64,000 bases of DNA from NCBI GenBank assembly GCA_902763805.1, contig CACWTN010000007.1:59315-123314 (forward strand). Direction: 5' to 3'. Of the stretch, positions 9,992 through 18,757 are shown piece after piece; the stretch's first letter is position 1, and every line of letters starts with the position of its first letter. The position numbers and the translations under genes were made by a program. The notes under the pieces were generated by a model, which saw only the letters and a program-made list of their open reading frames with translations, ran no database searches and had not been told where the DNA came from. This DNA is from an uncultured bacterium (GTDB lineage: Bacteria; Cyanobacteriota; Vampirovibrionia; Gastranaerophilales; Gastranaerophilaceae).

Positions 9992-10396
9992 TTATTCCTT
10001 AAACAAATTTTCTATATCTTTTGCAGTTTTTTTACTGTTTTTACAATAAGCATTTTCAAATTCTTCTTCCGACATCCTTTGCATAGGAGCATCTTTTAAA
10101 AGCGAATTTTTTAGCGTAACTACAGCGTCCTGAAGTGCATGAAACGCAGTAAAATATTTTGCGTCATTGTTCATTGATTTTCCGTCAATTAATATTTTGT
10201 GCCACAAACCTATGTGCTTAATTTCTGCCTTTTTTCCGGGATAATACCTTATGTAATCAAGCATTGTATACAATTTTGGGATTGTATCAACGTCAGGCTC
10301 AATCATTTCTCTTAAAAATTCCTTCACATCCCTTTGTCTGAATTTTGCTTTGAATTGCGTTTGCGTATTTATATTGTTAACCGGCATTATTTTCAT
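9992..10396 (-). CDS. Hypothetical protein (no recognisable motif)
   Basis: 134-aa ORF packed tightly between prfA (18-nt gap) and ylxR (2-nt gap) on the same strand. Confidence 0.5.
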   Translation of the reverse strand: MKIMPVNNINTQTQFKAKFRQRDVKEFLREMIEPDVDTIPKLYTMLDYIRYYPGKKAEIKHIGLWHKILIDGKSMNNDAKYFTAFHALQDAVVTLKNSLLKDAPMQRMSEEEFENAYCKNSKKTAKDIENLFKE

Positions 10397-10414
10397 TTTG
10401 TTTGATTTACTCCC

Positions 10415-11497
10415 CTACCCAACTTCTGCTAATTTTTCTAATTTAAGCTTCTGGTCGTATTCAATCAGCAAATGAATAAGTTCATCCAAATCCCCGTCAA
10501 TAACAGTCCAGACGTTGAGGTTATGGTTAATTCTGTGGTCTGTTAAACGTCCCTGAGGGAAGTTATAGGTTCTGATACGTTCGCTTCTGTCGCCCGTACC
10601 TACCTGAGAACGGCGAAGGTCTGTTATTTCCTGCATTTGTTTTTGTACTTCCAAATCATACAATTTTGAACGCAAAATCTGCATTGCTCTTTCTTTGTTC
10701 TGTAACTGAGAACGTTCTTCCGTACAGAAAATCATGATACCTGTCGGTTTGTGGAACAATCTTGCTGCAGTTTCAACCTTGTTAACGTTTTGACCGCCTG
10801 CACCGCCTGAACGTGCCGTAGACATTTCAATATCTTCTGGTCTGATTTCGATTTCTACATCATCAACCTCTGGCATAACCGCAACAGTTGCAGTAGAAGT
10901 ATGGACTCTGCCCTGAGATTCGGTTTCAGGAACTCTCTGAACACGGTGAACACCTGATTCGTATTTAAGCCGAGAATAAACCGCATCACCCTTTATTGAA
11001 ATAATGATTTCAGAATATCCGCCGGCTTCACATTCTGTTTTGGAAAGAATTTGTGTCTGCCAGCCTTGTTTATCAGCATATTTAAGATACATTCTTGCCA
11101 AATCTCCGGCAAAAATGTTAGCCTCATCACCGCCAGCTCCGCCTCTGATTTCAAGCATAATGTCCTTGTCATCCATCGGGTCGCGCGGAAGAAGAAGAAC
11201 TTTCATTTTTTCTTCGTATTCAGGAAGTTTTGCTTCGTTTTCTTCCATCTCAGCCTTCAAAAAAGCCTTCATTTCTTCATCTTTTTCTTCATGAATCATC
11301 TGTTTTGCTTCTTCAATGGCATCTGTAGCCTTCTTCCATGCATAATAAAGCTCAACAGTTTCTTCCATTGATTTTCTCTGTTTCGATAAGTCGCGAAACT
11401 TATTGTAATCTGCTATAACATCAGGATCTGAAAGAGTTTGCCCCAGTTCAACATACTTCTTTTCAATCTGAATAATTTTATCTAACATGTCCTTCAT
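10415..11497 (-). CDS. prfA: Peptide chain release factor 1
   Basis: GGQ motif '[15 protein letters not shown]'. RF1-type PxT codon-recognition region '[17 protein letters not shown]'. No frameshift site, so it is not RF2. Confidence 0.93.
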   Translation of the reverse strand: MKDMLDKIIQIEKKYVELGQTLSDPDVIADYNKFRDLSKQRKSMEETVELYYAWKKATDAIEEAKQMIHEEKDEEMKAFLKAEMEENEAKLPEYEEKMKVLLLPRDPMDDKDIMLEIRGGAGGDEANIFAGDLARMYLKYADKQGWQTQILSKTECEAGGYSEIIISIKGDAVYSRLKYESGVHRVQRVPETESQGRVHTSTATVAVMPEVDDVEIEIRPEDIEMSTARSGGAGGQNVNKVETAARLFHKPTGIMIFCTEERSQLQNKERAMQILRSKLYDLEVQKQMQEITDLRRSQVGTGDRSERIRTYNFPQGRLTDHRINHNLNVWTVIDGDLDELIHLLIEYDQKLKLEKLAEVG

Positions 11498-11668
11498 AAT
11501 AAAAATCCCTTTTAAAATCTATTTGATAATTTAAGTATAACAAAAAAGCAGGGGTAAACATATAAAACATTAATGTTAAGATTTGTAACAAATGTTTAAA
11601 GTGCTGAAATTGCGCTTATTTTAAATACTTTGTATATATAAGATGGTATTATAAGAAAGCAGTATAAA

Positions 11669-12865
11669 ATGGTAGCTATTAGTCAAAGCAATGTTGAATA
11701 TTACGGAAGAAATCTCACAGGTCTGTTCGACCCGAATATTTCAACGGAACAAAGAATAGAAAAAGGTGCAGACTTTATTAACAGTGTTTTTATTACGGCT
11801 GCATATGCTAATGCTCAGGAAGAAGCAAACGAAAAAATTCGTCAAAACGAAGAAAAAAACAACAATTGGAATACTGCAGCAAACAATCAGGCTGAAACAA
11901 ATAAAAAAGCAATTGAAACTATAACAAATAAAATAACGGAAAACGAAAATAAAATAAAAGAAATTCTTGAGGCAATCAAAGGTCTTGAAGAAAAAAAAGA
12001 TGAGATAAACCAAAAAGTTTTAGAACACAAAATAGAAATTGAAAAACAAAAAAAGAGATATAATGATGCTGTAGAGGCTAAAGACCTGACCGAACAAAGA
12101 AAAGCGCTTGACGCCATCAGCGAAGAAGGTAAAGCTATTCAGGGGCTTTTAAGTCAGGCTGAAACTCTTAGCAAAGAACAGCAGAATTTTAATGAACAAG
12201 GTGAACAATACAAAAGTGAAAACATCAGCCTTCAGACAGAAAGCGAAGAAACTGTAAAAGAAGGTCAGGATAAATTAAATGCCATTAATGTACAAGCAGC
12301 TGCAAATAAAGCCGAAACTGCAGGATTATCGGCAGACGCCGCTAAATATGCTCAAAAAGCTGCTGAATATACTGCTAAAGCAATGGCTTTAAAAACAGGC
12401 GGAACGTTAACAGGGTTACTGACGTTCGGTGCAAGCAGCGTTGCATCAGAAGCAGCTGCCGCTGAGCTCATGAAAAAAGCAGCAGAAAACACATCCGCTT
12501 CTGCAACCATTACACAAGGCATCGGCAGCATATTACCTGTTATCACAAGTACAATTAGCGAAATACAAACAAACAACGGTTACCTGGTAAGTTCAGGCTC
12601 CGCACTTAATAGTTTAACAACTTCTGCCGGCAACGATGCAGAAACCTTTGATGGAATTTCAAATGCAGTTGGCAGATGGTTTGACAGCACTCAAAACTGG
12701 AAACAAGTAAACGAAAATATACAAACCGCAGTTGATACAGCTTACAATGAAGTTTCCGAAGAAGAATCGAAAGAAAACTCTGAAAACGAAGATTCAACAG
12801 ACAAAAACAACAACGAAAAGAGAAAACTCAACGCTGATACCAATTTTCAGATTGATGCAGCCTAA
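11669..12865 (+). CDS. Coiled-coil protein with a central Gly/Ala/Ser/Thr-rich hydrophobic segment; function unknown
   Basis: 398 aa. Residues about 50-235 are heptad-like and Glu/Lys/Asn/Gln-rich. Residues about 236-300 are hydrophobic ('ALKTGGTLTGLLTFGASSVASEAAAAELM', 'GIGSILPVITSTI'). Acidic C-terminal tail. No signal peptide. Confidence 0.55.
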   Translation: MVAISQSNVEYYGRNLTGLFDPNISTEQRIEKGADFINSVFITAAYANAQEEANEKIRQNEEKNNNWNTAANNQAETNKKAIETITNKITENENKIKEILEAIKGLEEKKDEINQKVLEHKIEIEKQKKRYNDAVEAKDLTEQRKALDAISEEGKAIQGLLSQAETLSKEQQNFNEQGEQYKSENISLQTESEETVKEGQDKLNAINVQAAANKAETAGLSADAAKYAQKAAEYTAKAMALKTGGTLTGLLTFGASSVASEAAAAELMKKAAENTSASATITQGIGSILPVITSTISEIQTNNGYLVSSGSALNSLTTSAGNDAETFDGISNAVGRWFDSTQNWKQVNENIQTAVDTAYNEVSEEESKENSENEDSTDKNNNEKRKLNADTNFQIDAA

Positions 12866-12882
12866 CTTTAACGTTTAAGTTA

Positions 12883-15057
12883 TTACATTCCTTCAAAATT
12901 TCCGGCAAGAACTTTTAAAGCTCTGTTTTCTGCTCTGTCAGCCCTTGCAAGCGCAGACTGCAAGCCTGAATTATCCCAGGTTTTTGAAATATCAGCAGCC
13001 TTTTGCGACGGAATATAAGAACGTGTAGTTTTTGAACCGTCCTCTTTTGACTGTATTGTTGAATCCTGGGAAGGAATATATGTATAATTGTCCCTCTTTG
13101 CATTTTGAGCAGAGGTTTTTATAACATTATTCTGAGAAGGAATATAAGAATAATTATCAGGTTGCCCAGCGGTCAGAGCATCATTCTCTCGCAAAGCCGC
13201 CGGCTGATTTGCCCTGCCATGGTGAGATACAGCTTGACTGCCCGCACTGTCGGGACGTGAAACTGCATTATTCTTATTCATATTCTCAAGTTTTTTCCGC
13301 TGAGCATCATACAAGCGTTCGGTTAAATCTTCTTTAAGGAATTTCTTCTGCTCTTTTTTGGCATCTTTAATTTCTTCTTCCTTCATCGAATCATAAGAAT
13401 CGCCGAAGATTAATTTAATACCTTTGTTCAGAATGGTATCCAGAACACCCATCGTAAGAAGTCCGAATATTACAAGCCTTGCCGGAACTCCAAACATGTT
13501 ACGGGGAAGATTTCTTGCCTGTGACAATTTTGTGGTAAACCAATTACCTGTATTGTACGCATCTAATTTACCCAAATCAGGAGTGAACAGACTTGCAAAT
13601 CTTGCAAAGATGTTATTATACCATTTTTGATTTTTGAAATTAGCCTTTCTTGTCTTTTTAACAAAATCATTAAATTTGGCTCTGGCCTTATCCCATTCTT
13701 TGTAGGATTCATAACCCTTTTCTGTTCCGTTTAATTTATTTTTTTCGTTAATAGCATTACGTTTGTTCCTGATTTCTTCTATTTTGGAGCCGCTTAACCC
13801 TGCATACTTAGCGCCGAAAAGATGGTGCATAATCTGGAGTGCAAACGGGAACGTAAATACCCAGGAAATATGATTAACCAGATTGCTTACACCCGTTCCG
13901 ACTTTCTGGTCAGGCTCTGCTTTATGTACGTTTATTGCCGTTTCAACAAACGCAGGAGCAATAAATAGAAGAACACCGAGTTTGCCGCCGCCGAATGTCA
14001 AGCCTCTGTGAACCATTTGCATAAAGCGTGACATAAATCTTCCTGTTGGAGTTTTTGCACCTTCACCCAAACTATACAAACGGTTATGTACGTTATCACA
14101 TCCTAAAACTCGTTTTATCGGTGCATTAATGAATCCCAAATTCAAACCGAACGGCTTAAATTCACCAAGACCAATTTTTACCTTTCCGCCAACTCTTCTT
14201 GTTGCTTCCTGAACTTCATTGATTTTATTGCCAAGAGAATCTTCTTTTATGGATTTCAGCCATTCGATATCTTTATCACCAAATGCTTTTAAGATAGCTT
14301 TTTTTGTTTCCGCAACTCCGCCATCCGGCTTTGTTATAATATCTTTTATTATTTTATTTTCATCAACGCCAAGTCTTCTTAACTGAATATAACTTGCAGA
14401 CTTTTCTTCCGTGTTCAAAACAGATGCCATACTCTTAATGCGTTTTATTTCCGATTTATCCAGGGCAAGCTTGTTCAATCCTACAGACTTATCTGTCGTT
14501 AACTCCAATGCATTTACAATTTGATTAAAATCATGAACGATTCTTTGTCTTTGAGGTATCATCTCAGACTTAACTAACTCAAGCTCAGGATTTGTCGGAG
14601 TTTTCCATATTGCGTTAAGCACAGGATTTTTTTGTATTATATTACCAAATTTACTGCTTCCTGATGAGAACAAACCTAAAACTGACTGCATCGGTTTTGA
14701 CTGAATAAATTTGGATTTTTCAAGTTTGTCACCAAAATTCGTAACTTTTTTAAGCAAACTCTTATCATATTCGCCTCCGCAGGCAGCCGTATATTTATCA
14801 AGCAAAAATCCGCATCCAAACCACGTAAGAAGCGATGCAACAGGATGCTCAATTAACGGACCGAAAAAACCCTTTATTAATGTTGAGTACATCGGCGATT
14901 CTTTAAAATTTTCAACCAGACTATTCTTTTCTTCAGGGATATAAAAATCAGGGATTCTGACAAGCTGAGGCTGCGGTCTTACAGCAGAAGCAGGCGCTCG
15001 CGGCGGGACACCGTAGCCGTTATTTTTGTTATCAATATTTTGAACACCCTGAGTCAC
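12883..15057 (-). CDS. Large membrane protein of unknown function with C-terminal Y-x-Y-I-P-S-Q repeats
   Basis: 724 aa with a GTG start. Several hydrophobic helices (for example 'GKLGVLLFIAPAFVETAI', 'RLVIFGLLTMGVLDTIL'). Three repeats NYSYIPSQ / NYTYIPSQ / RSYIPSQ spaced 22 aa apart near the C-terminus. Confidence 0.55.
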   Translation of the reverse strand: MTQGVQNIDNKNNGYGVPPRAPASAVRPQPQLVRIPDFYIPEEKNSLVENFKESPMYSTLIKGFFGPLIEHPVASLLTWFGCGFLLDKYTAACGGEYDKSLLKKVTNFGDKLEKSKFIQSKPMQSVLGLFSSGSSKFGNIIQKNPVLNAIWKTPTNPELELVKSEMIPQRQRIVHDFNQIVNALELTTDKSVGLNKLALDKSEIKRIKSMASVLNTEEKSASYIQLRRLGVDENKIIKDIITKPDGGVAETKKAILKAFGDKDIEWLKSIKEDSLGNKINEVQEATRRVGGKVKIGLGEFKPFGLNLGFINAPIKRVLGCDNVHNRLYSLGEGAKTPTGRFMSRFMQMVHRGLTFGGGKLGVLLFIAPAFVETAINVHKAEPDQKVGTGVSNLVNHISWVFTFPFALQIMHHLFGAKYAGLSGSKIEEIRNKRNAINEKNKLNGTEKGYESYKEWDKARAKFNDFVKKTRKANFKNQKWYNNIFARFASLFTPDLGKLDAYNTGNWFTTKLSQARNLPRNMFGVPARLVIFGLLTMGVLDTILNKGIKLIFGDSYDSMKEEEIKDAKKEQKKFLKEDLTERLYDAQRKKLENMNKNNAVSRPDSAGSQAVSHHGRANQPAALRENDALTAGQPDNYSYIPSQNNVIKTSAQNAKRDNYTYIPSQDSTIQSKEDGSKTTRSYIPSQKAADISKTWDNSGLQSALARADRAENRALKVLAGNFEGM

Positions 15058-15191
15058 GATACAATAACCTTCTTTAAAACCTAACTACAAATATAAAGTT
15101 TTTTTGCAGAGAAAAATTGCCCAAAAACCATGCTTTTAAGGCTCTTTTGTAATATTTCTTAATATTTATAATTTAATTTCTATATTATGTT

Positions 15192-16409
15192 TTAATCAAA
15201 ATTTTCAAGAGTTTTTGTAAGGTCATTAAGCGCATCCGCTGTTGATTTTTTATTAAGTAAAATCGTCTGAACAGTTGTGCTTACTGCATTATTTATCTCT
15301 TTTTGATTTCTTCTCTGTTTCATCTGCGGATAAATGTGATTTAATTGGCGTGCACTTATAGAACGTGCTTTTGATATCATATCCGTTTCATCATTATAAA
15401 ATTTATCATGAAGCGCATCGGAATTTGTTGCAATAATATTTGTCATTTTTGCAAGTTCAAGCTGATTTTGAGCATTCGTCAGATACAGACAGAAATCAAG
15501 AGCCTCCTTTTTCATCTTTGCACGTTTCGGAATAACAAAGTTCATAACAGAAATATCGTTTTGCCCGACCGGGCCTTTGAATTGCTCTATAACATCAGTC
15601 TGCTCATAAACAGACGGCGCATTTTCTTTAATCATATTTAAGAAATTTGAACCGCCCTGATAGAATACGATTTTTCCCGCCATGTACTGTTCAAGAGCTT
15701 CTCTGTGTGTCATCGTTATTGTTTCGGGAGGAATTAAATCTTTGTCATAAAGAGTTTTAAACATATCAAAAACCTTAACGGATTCAGGGGAGTTTAAATC
15801 TTTCAGCTCTGTAATACCGTATTTATTTAAGATTTTCATCATCGTATCGTTTTCCGTTAGCGTCGGAAGATAAGCGTATGCTCCTGAGCCGCTCTTTATT
15901 TTTTCAGCAATTACCGCAAGCTCTTTGTACGTTTTCGGAAGTCTTATTATCCCCGATTTGGTAAATAAATCCTTGTTATAAATAGTAATAGCACTTGTTG
16001 CATACCAGGGAATTGAATACAATTTGTCATTATACATAAGAGCTTTTATAATCTCAGGGTTAAACTCGGAAACCGCATCATAATCGATTTCTTCAAGCGT
16101 CCCTTTTTGAGCAAGAAGCGCCGAAAAATCAGGATTCAAGTTGATTAAATCAGGCGGGTTGTCTGTCATAACTGCTGCAAGCGTTCTTTTTTCCCCTTCT
16201 GAGAACGGTACATCTACCCATTTTATATGGACATTTGGGTTCTCTTTTTCGTAGCTCCTTATAACTTTGTACATATAATCCGAAAAATCGCCCATTTGCA
16301 AAGTCCAGACAGTGACCTCTTTCTGGCTTGCGTCACGCCGCACGGAACAAGCAGTTAAACCTGTAACAATTACCGTTACCAGTAATAAAAGCGCTAAGAT
16401 TTTTTTCAT
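15192..16409 (-). CDS. ABC-transporter extracellular solute-binding lipoprotein (carbohydrate-type family 1)
   Basis: The lipobox 'LLLVTVIVTGLTAC|S' follows the Met at 16409, which has a GAGAGG RBS 8 nt upstream. Overall pattern resembles sugar SBPs. The ORF-track start at 16442 adds an implausible 'MRERGRGERSD' read from a GC-rich hairpin. Confidence 0.7.
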   Translation of the reverse strand: MKKILALLLLVTVIVTGLTACSVRRDASQKEVTVWTLQMGDFSDYMYKVIRSYEKENPNVHIKWVDVPFSEGEKRTLAAVMTDNPPDLINLNPDFSALLAQKGTLEEIDYDAVSEFNPEIIKALMYNDKLYSIPWYATSAITIYNKDLFTKSGIIRLPKTYKELAVIAEKIKSGSGAYAYLPTLTENDTMMKILNKYGITELKDLNSPESVKVFDMFKTLYDKDLIPPETITMTHREALEQYMAGKIVFYQGGSNFLNMIKENAPSVYEQTDVIEQFKGPVGQNDISVMNFVIPKRAKMKKEALDFCLYLTNAQNQLELAKMTNIIATNSDALHDKFYNDETDMISKARSISARQLNHIYPQMKQRRNQKEINNAVSTTVQTILLNKKSTADALNDLTKTLENFD

Positions 16410-16464
16410 ATCAGACCTCTCACCCCTTCCCCTCTCCCGCAAGGGGCGAGGGATTTAAGTACCC

Positions 16465-16866
16465 TTATATTTTTGCCGTCATATTTAAGTCTATATATTT
16501 GAACGTATTCGTTATAACACCGGGCGGAAAATTATATACGTTGTTGCACGGTGTTATTTTTAAAATTGCATTGGTTTTATCTATTTTTGAAATTGTTGCC
16601 AGGTATTTATTTCTGTTTGCCGAAAAAATAATATACCCGTGTGAACTCTGAATTTCTTCAACATTAAACCTGTTCGCAGATATTGACGCCAGGGTCAGGT
16701 AAAACAATTTTTCCTGATTTACACCAAAAATTTTTGTACAGTTTTCAAACATAATCTGCTGTGAAACAGTAAGCGGATTTGGCGCAGATTTTGGCCGGAC
16801 CGCTGTTTCTTCCGCCAAAGCACACGGCATTATTAATAAACTTAAAATTATAAATAAATTCTTCAT
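16465..16866 (-). CDS. Secreted hypothetical protein
   Basis: 133 aa with an N-terminal signal peptide 'MKNLFIILSLLIMPCALAEE'. No recognisable catalytic motif. Confidence 0.5.
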   Translation of the reverse strand: MKNLFIILSLLIMPCALAEETAVRPKSAPNPLTVSQQIMFENCTKIFGVNQEKLFYLTLASISANRFNVEEIQSSHGYIIFSANRNKYLATISKIDKTNAILKITPCNNVYNFPPGVITNTFKYIDLNMTAKI

Positions 16867-16976
16867 TATTATTCCTCATTATATAAAATATCATATTCAC
16901 ACATCCTCTAACTCATATATAAGACGTAAATTTTCCCCCGTTTAATGAATAAATGTATGGTATAATATAATCAGCT

Positions 16977-17693
16977 ATGACAAAGATTTTAGACTGCACA
17001 ATAAGAGATGGCGGACACTGCGCAAATTGGGATTTTTCCGATGAGTGCATTTATAATTTGATGTCAACTCTTAACCAAAACGAAATCAGCTTCTTCGAAA
17101 TCGGATACAGAAATTTTAAAGACAGAGAAGGTAAAGGTAATTTTTATTACTGCACCCCTGATTTTATAAAAAATTTTTACGGGAACAAAGGCGGCTTAAA
17201 TCTCGGAGTAATGGTTGATACAAAGAGATTTAACGAAAACGATTTTATAAACGGAAAAGAAGATTATGTTGATTTTGTAAGAATTGCAACGCATCCTGAG
17301 AGAATAGGAGAAACTCTTTCTATAGCCGAAACCCTGTATAAAAGAGATTATACGGTAATGCTTCAGTTAATGGATATGACAAAACTCACCGACGAACACT
17401 ATCAAATACTGGAGAGCTGGAGCGGTAAAAATATCCCGAAAACAGTATATCTTGCCGATACATACGGAACAGCAAAAACAGAAGAAGTCGAAAAACATTA
17501 TAAAAAATTAAATAATATCGGATATAAAAATATAAGTTTTCACGCACACAATCACAGCGGTTTGGCATTAGTAAACACAAAAAAAGCAATTGAACTCGGA
17601 GCATATTCCGTCGATGTATCACAAGACGGAATAGGTATTAACGGAGGAAATCTCTCTTTTACAGAGTTTGATAAAAGTTTTGCACATACTTAA
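16977..17693 (+). CDS. HMGL-like / DRE-TIM aldolase-family protein (short form)
   Basis: N-terminal 'ILDCTIRDGG' motif and metal-binding 'FHAHNHSG' block typical of pyruvate-carboxyltransferase/HMGL-like domains. At 238 aa it is shorter than 4-hydroxy-2-oxovalerate aldolases. Confidence 0.55.
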   Translation: MTKILDCTIRDGGHCANWDFSDECIYNLMSTLNQNEISFFEIGYRNFKDREGKGNFYYCTPDFIKNFYGNKGGLNLGVMVDTKRFNENDFINGKEDYVDFVRIATHPERIGETLSIAETLYKRDYTVMLQLMDMTKLTDEHYQILESWSGKNIPKTVYLADTYGTAKTEEVEKHYKKLNNIGYKNISFHAHNHSGLALVNTKKAIELGAYSVDVSQDGIGINGGNLSFTEFDKSFAHT

Positions 17694-17751
17694 AATACTG
17701 TATTTATTTTATGATAATATTAAGAGTACACAGGAGTAATTAATTAAAAAT

Positions 17752-18321
17752 ATGGATATTAAATCATACATTCTGGCATCAATTAACACAAAAACCAAAA
17801 TTTTAAATGATGAAACAATTTTAGAAACAATAAAAAAAATTGCAGACAGAATAGTTGAAGCGTACAGACTTAATAAAAAAGTTTTGACTGCGGGGAATGG
17901 AGGTTCTGCGTGTGATTCTCAGCATATAGCCGGAGAGCTGGTGGCAAAGTTTTTTATCGACCGCCCCGGACTAAATGCAATTTCTCTTGTAAATTATATT
18001 TCATCGCTTACTGCTACAAGTAATGACTATGGTTATGCAAAATCTTTTTCACGCCAAATCCAAGCGCTTGCAGATGAGGGAGATGTTTTTATAGCGATTT
18101 CTACATCAGGAAATTCGGAAAATATACTTGCGGCACTGGAGGAAGCAAGAAAAAAAGGTGTAGTAACCGTAGGTTTTGTCGGTGAAAAAGAATGCAAAAT
18201 GGACGTTTTATGTGATTATATTATCCACGTTCCGTCAGATTGCACGCCAACAGTACAGGAATCGCATATTATGATTGGACACATAATCTGCGCATTGGTA
18301 GAAGAAACTATTTTTGCGTAA
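17752..18321 (+). CDS. gmhA: SIS-domain sugar-phosphate isomerase (phosphoheptose isomerase-like)
   Basis: 'GNGGSACDSQHIAGEL' and 'ISTSGNSENIL' SIS motifs. The 189-aa size matches GmhA. Confidence 0.7.
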   Translation: MDIKSYILASINTKTKILNDETILETIKKIADRIVEAYRLNKKVLTAGNGGSACDSQHIAGELVAKFFIDRPGLNAISLVNYISSLTATSNDYGYAKSFSRQIQALADEGDVFIAISTSGNSENILAALEEARKKGVVTVGFVGEKECKMDVLCDYIIHVPSDCTPTVQESHIMIGHIICALVEETIFA

Positions 18322-18327
18322 TCAATA

Positions 18328-18756
18328 TTAAACTAACGATTTAATAACTTGAGTAAGTTTTGTGCTGGATATTCCGTTGGTATGAGGTAAATACATTATT
18401 TTGACACCAACTTCTGAAAATTGCTTTTCATATTTGTTATACAAATCAGTTCCTTTCCAATCGTCACCGTGGAACAGAATGTCATAATGCAGATTTTTCC
18501 ACGCTTCAAACTTATCCATAGAAACCTGAGGCACTACTTCATCGACATAACGGATTGCTTTAACAATTTCAACACGTTCCTCATAAGGAATAACCGGAGT
18601 TTTATTCTTATAACTCATAACTGTTTCATCGGTGGAGACACCGACTATAAGGTAGTCACAGTTTTCTCTTGCACGTTTAAGAATATTTAAGTGCCCGACA
18701 TGGAACATGTCATAAACGCCTGTTGTATAACCGATTATATGTCCCTCTTTTGTCAT
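18328..18756 (-). CDS. tagD: Glycerol-3-phosphate cytidylyltransferase
   Basis: HxGH motif 'GVYDMFHVGHLNIL'. 'IRYVDEVVPQ', 'HGDDWKG' and 'YLPHTNGISSTKL' are collinear with TagD-type cytidylyltransferases. Confidence 0.85.
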   Translation of the reverse strand: MTKEGHIIGYTTGVYDMFHVGHLNILKRARENCDYLIVGVSTDETVMSYKNKTPVIPYEERVEIVKAIRYVDEVVPQVSMDKFEAWKNLHYDILFHGDDWKGTDLYNKYEKQFSEVGVKIMYLPHTNGISSTKLTQVIKSLV

Positions 18757-18757
18757 G

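Noticed and set aside
16410-16442. N-terminal extension 'MRERGRGERSD' of the solute-binding protein given in the ORF track.
   Set aside because: The extension is read through a GC-rich hairpin and would bury the lipoprotein signal peptide. The internal ATG at 16409 has a proper RBS.
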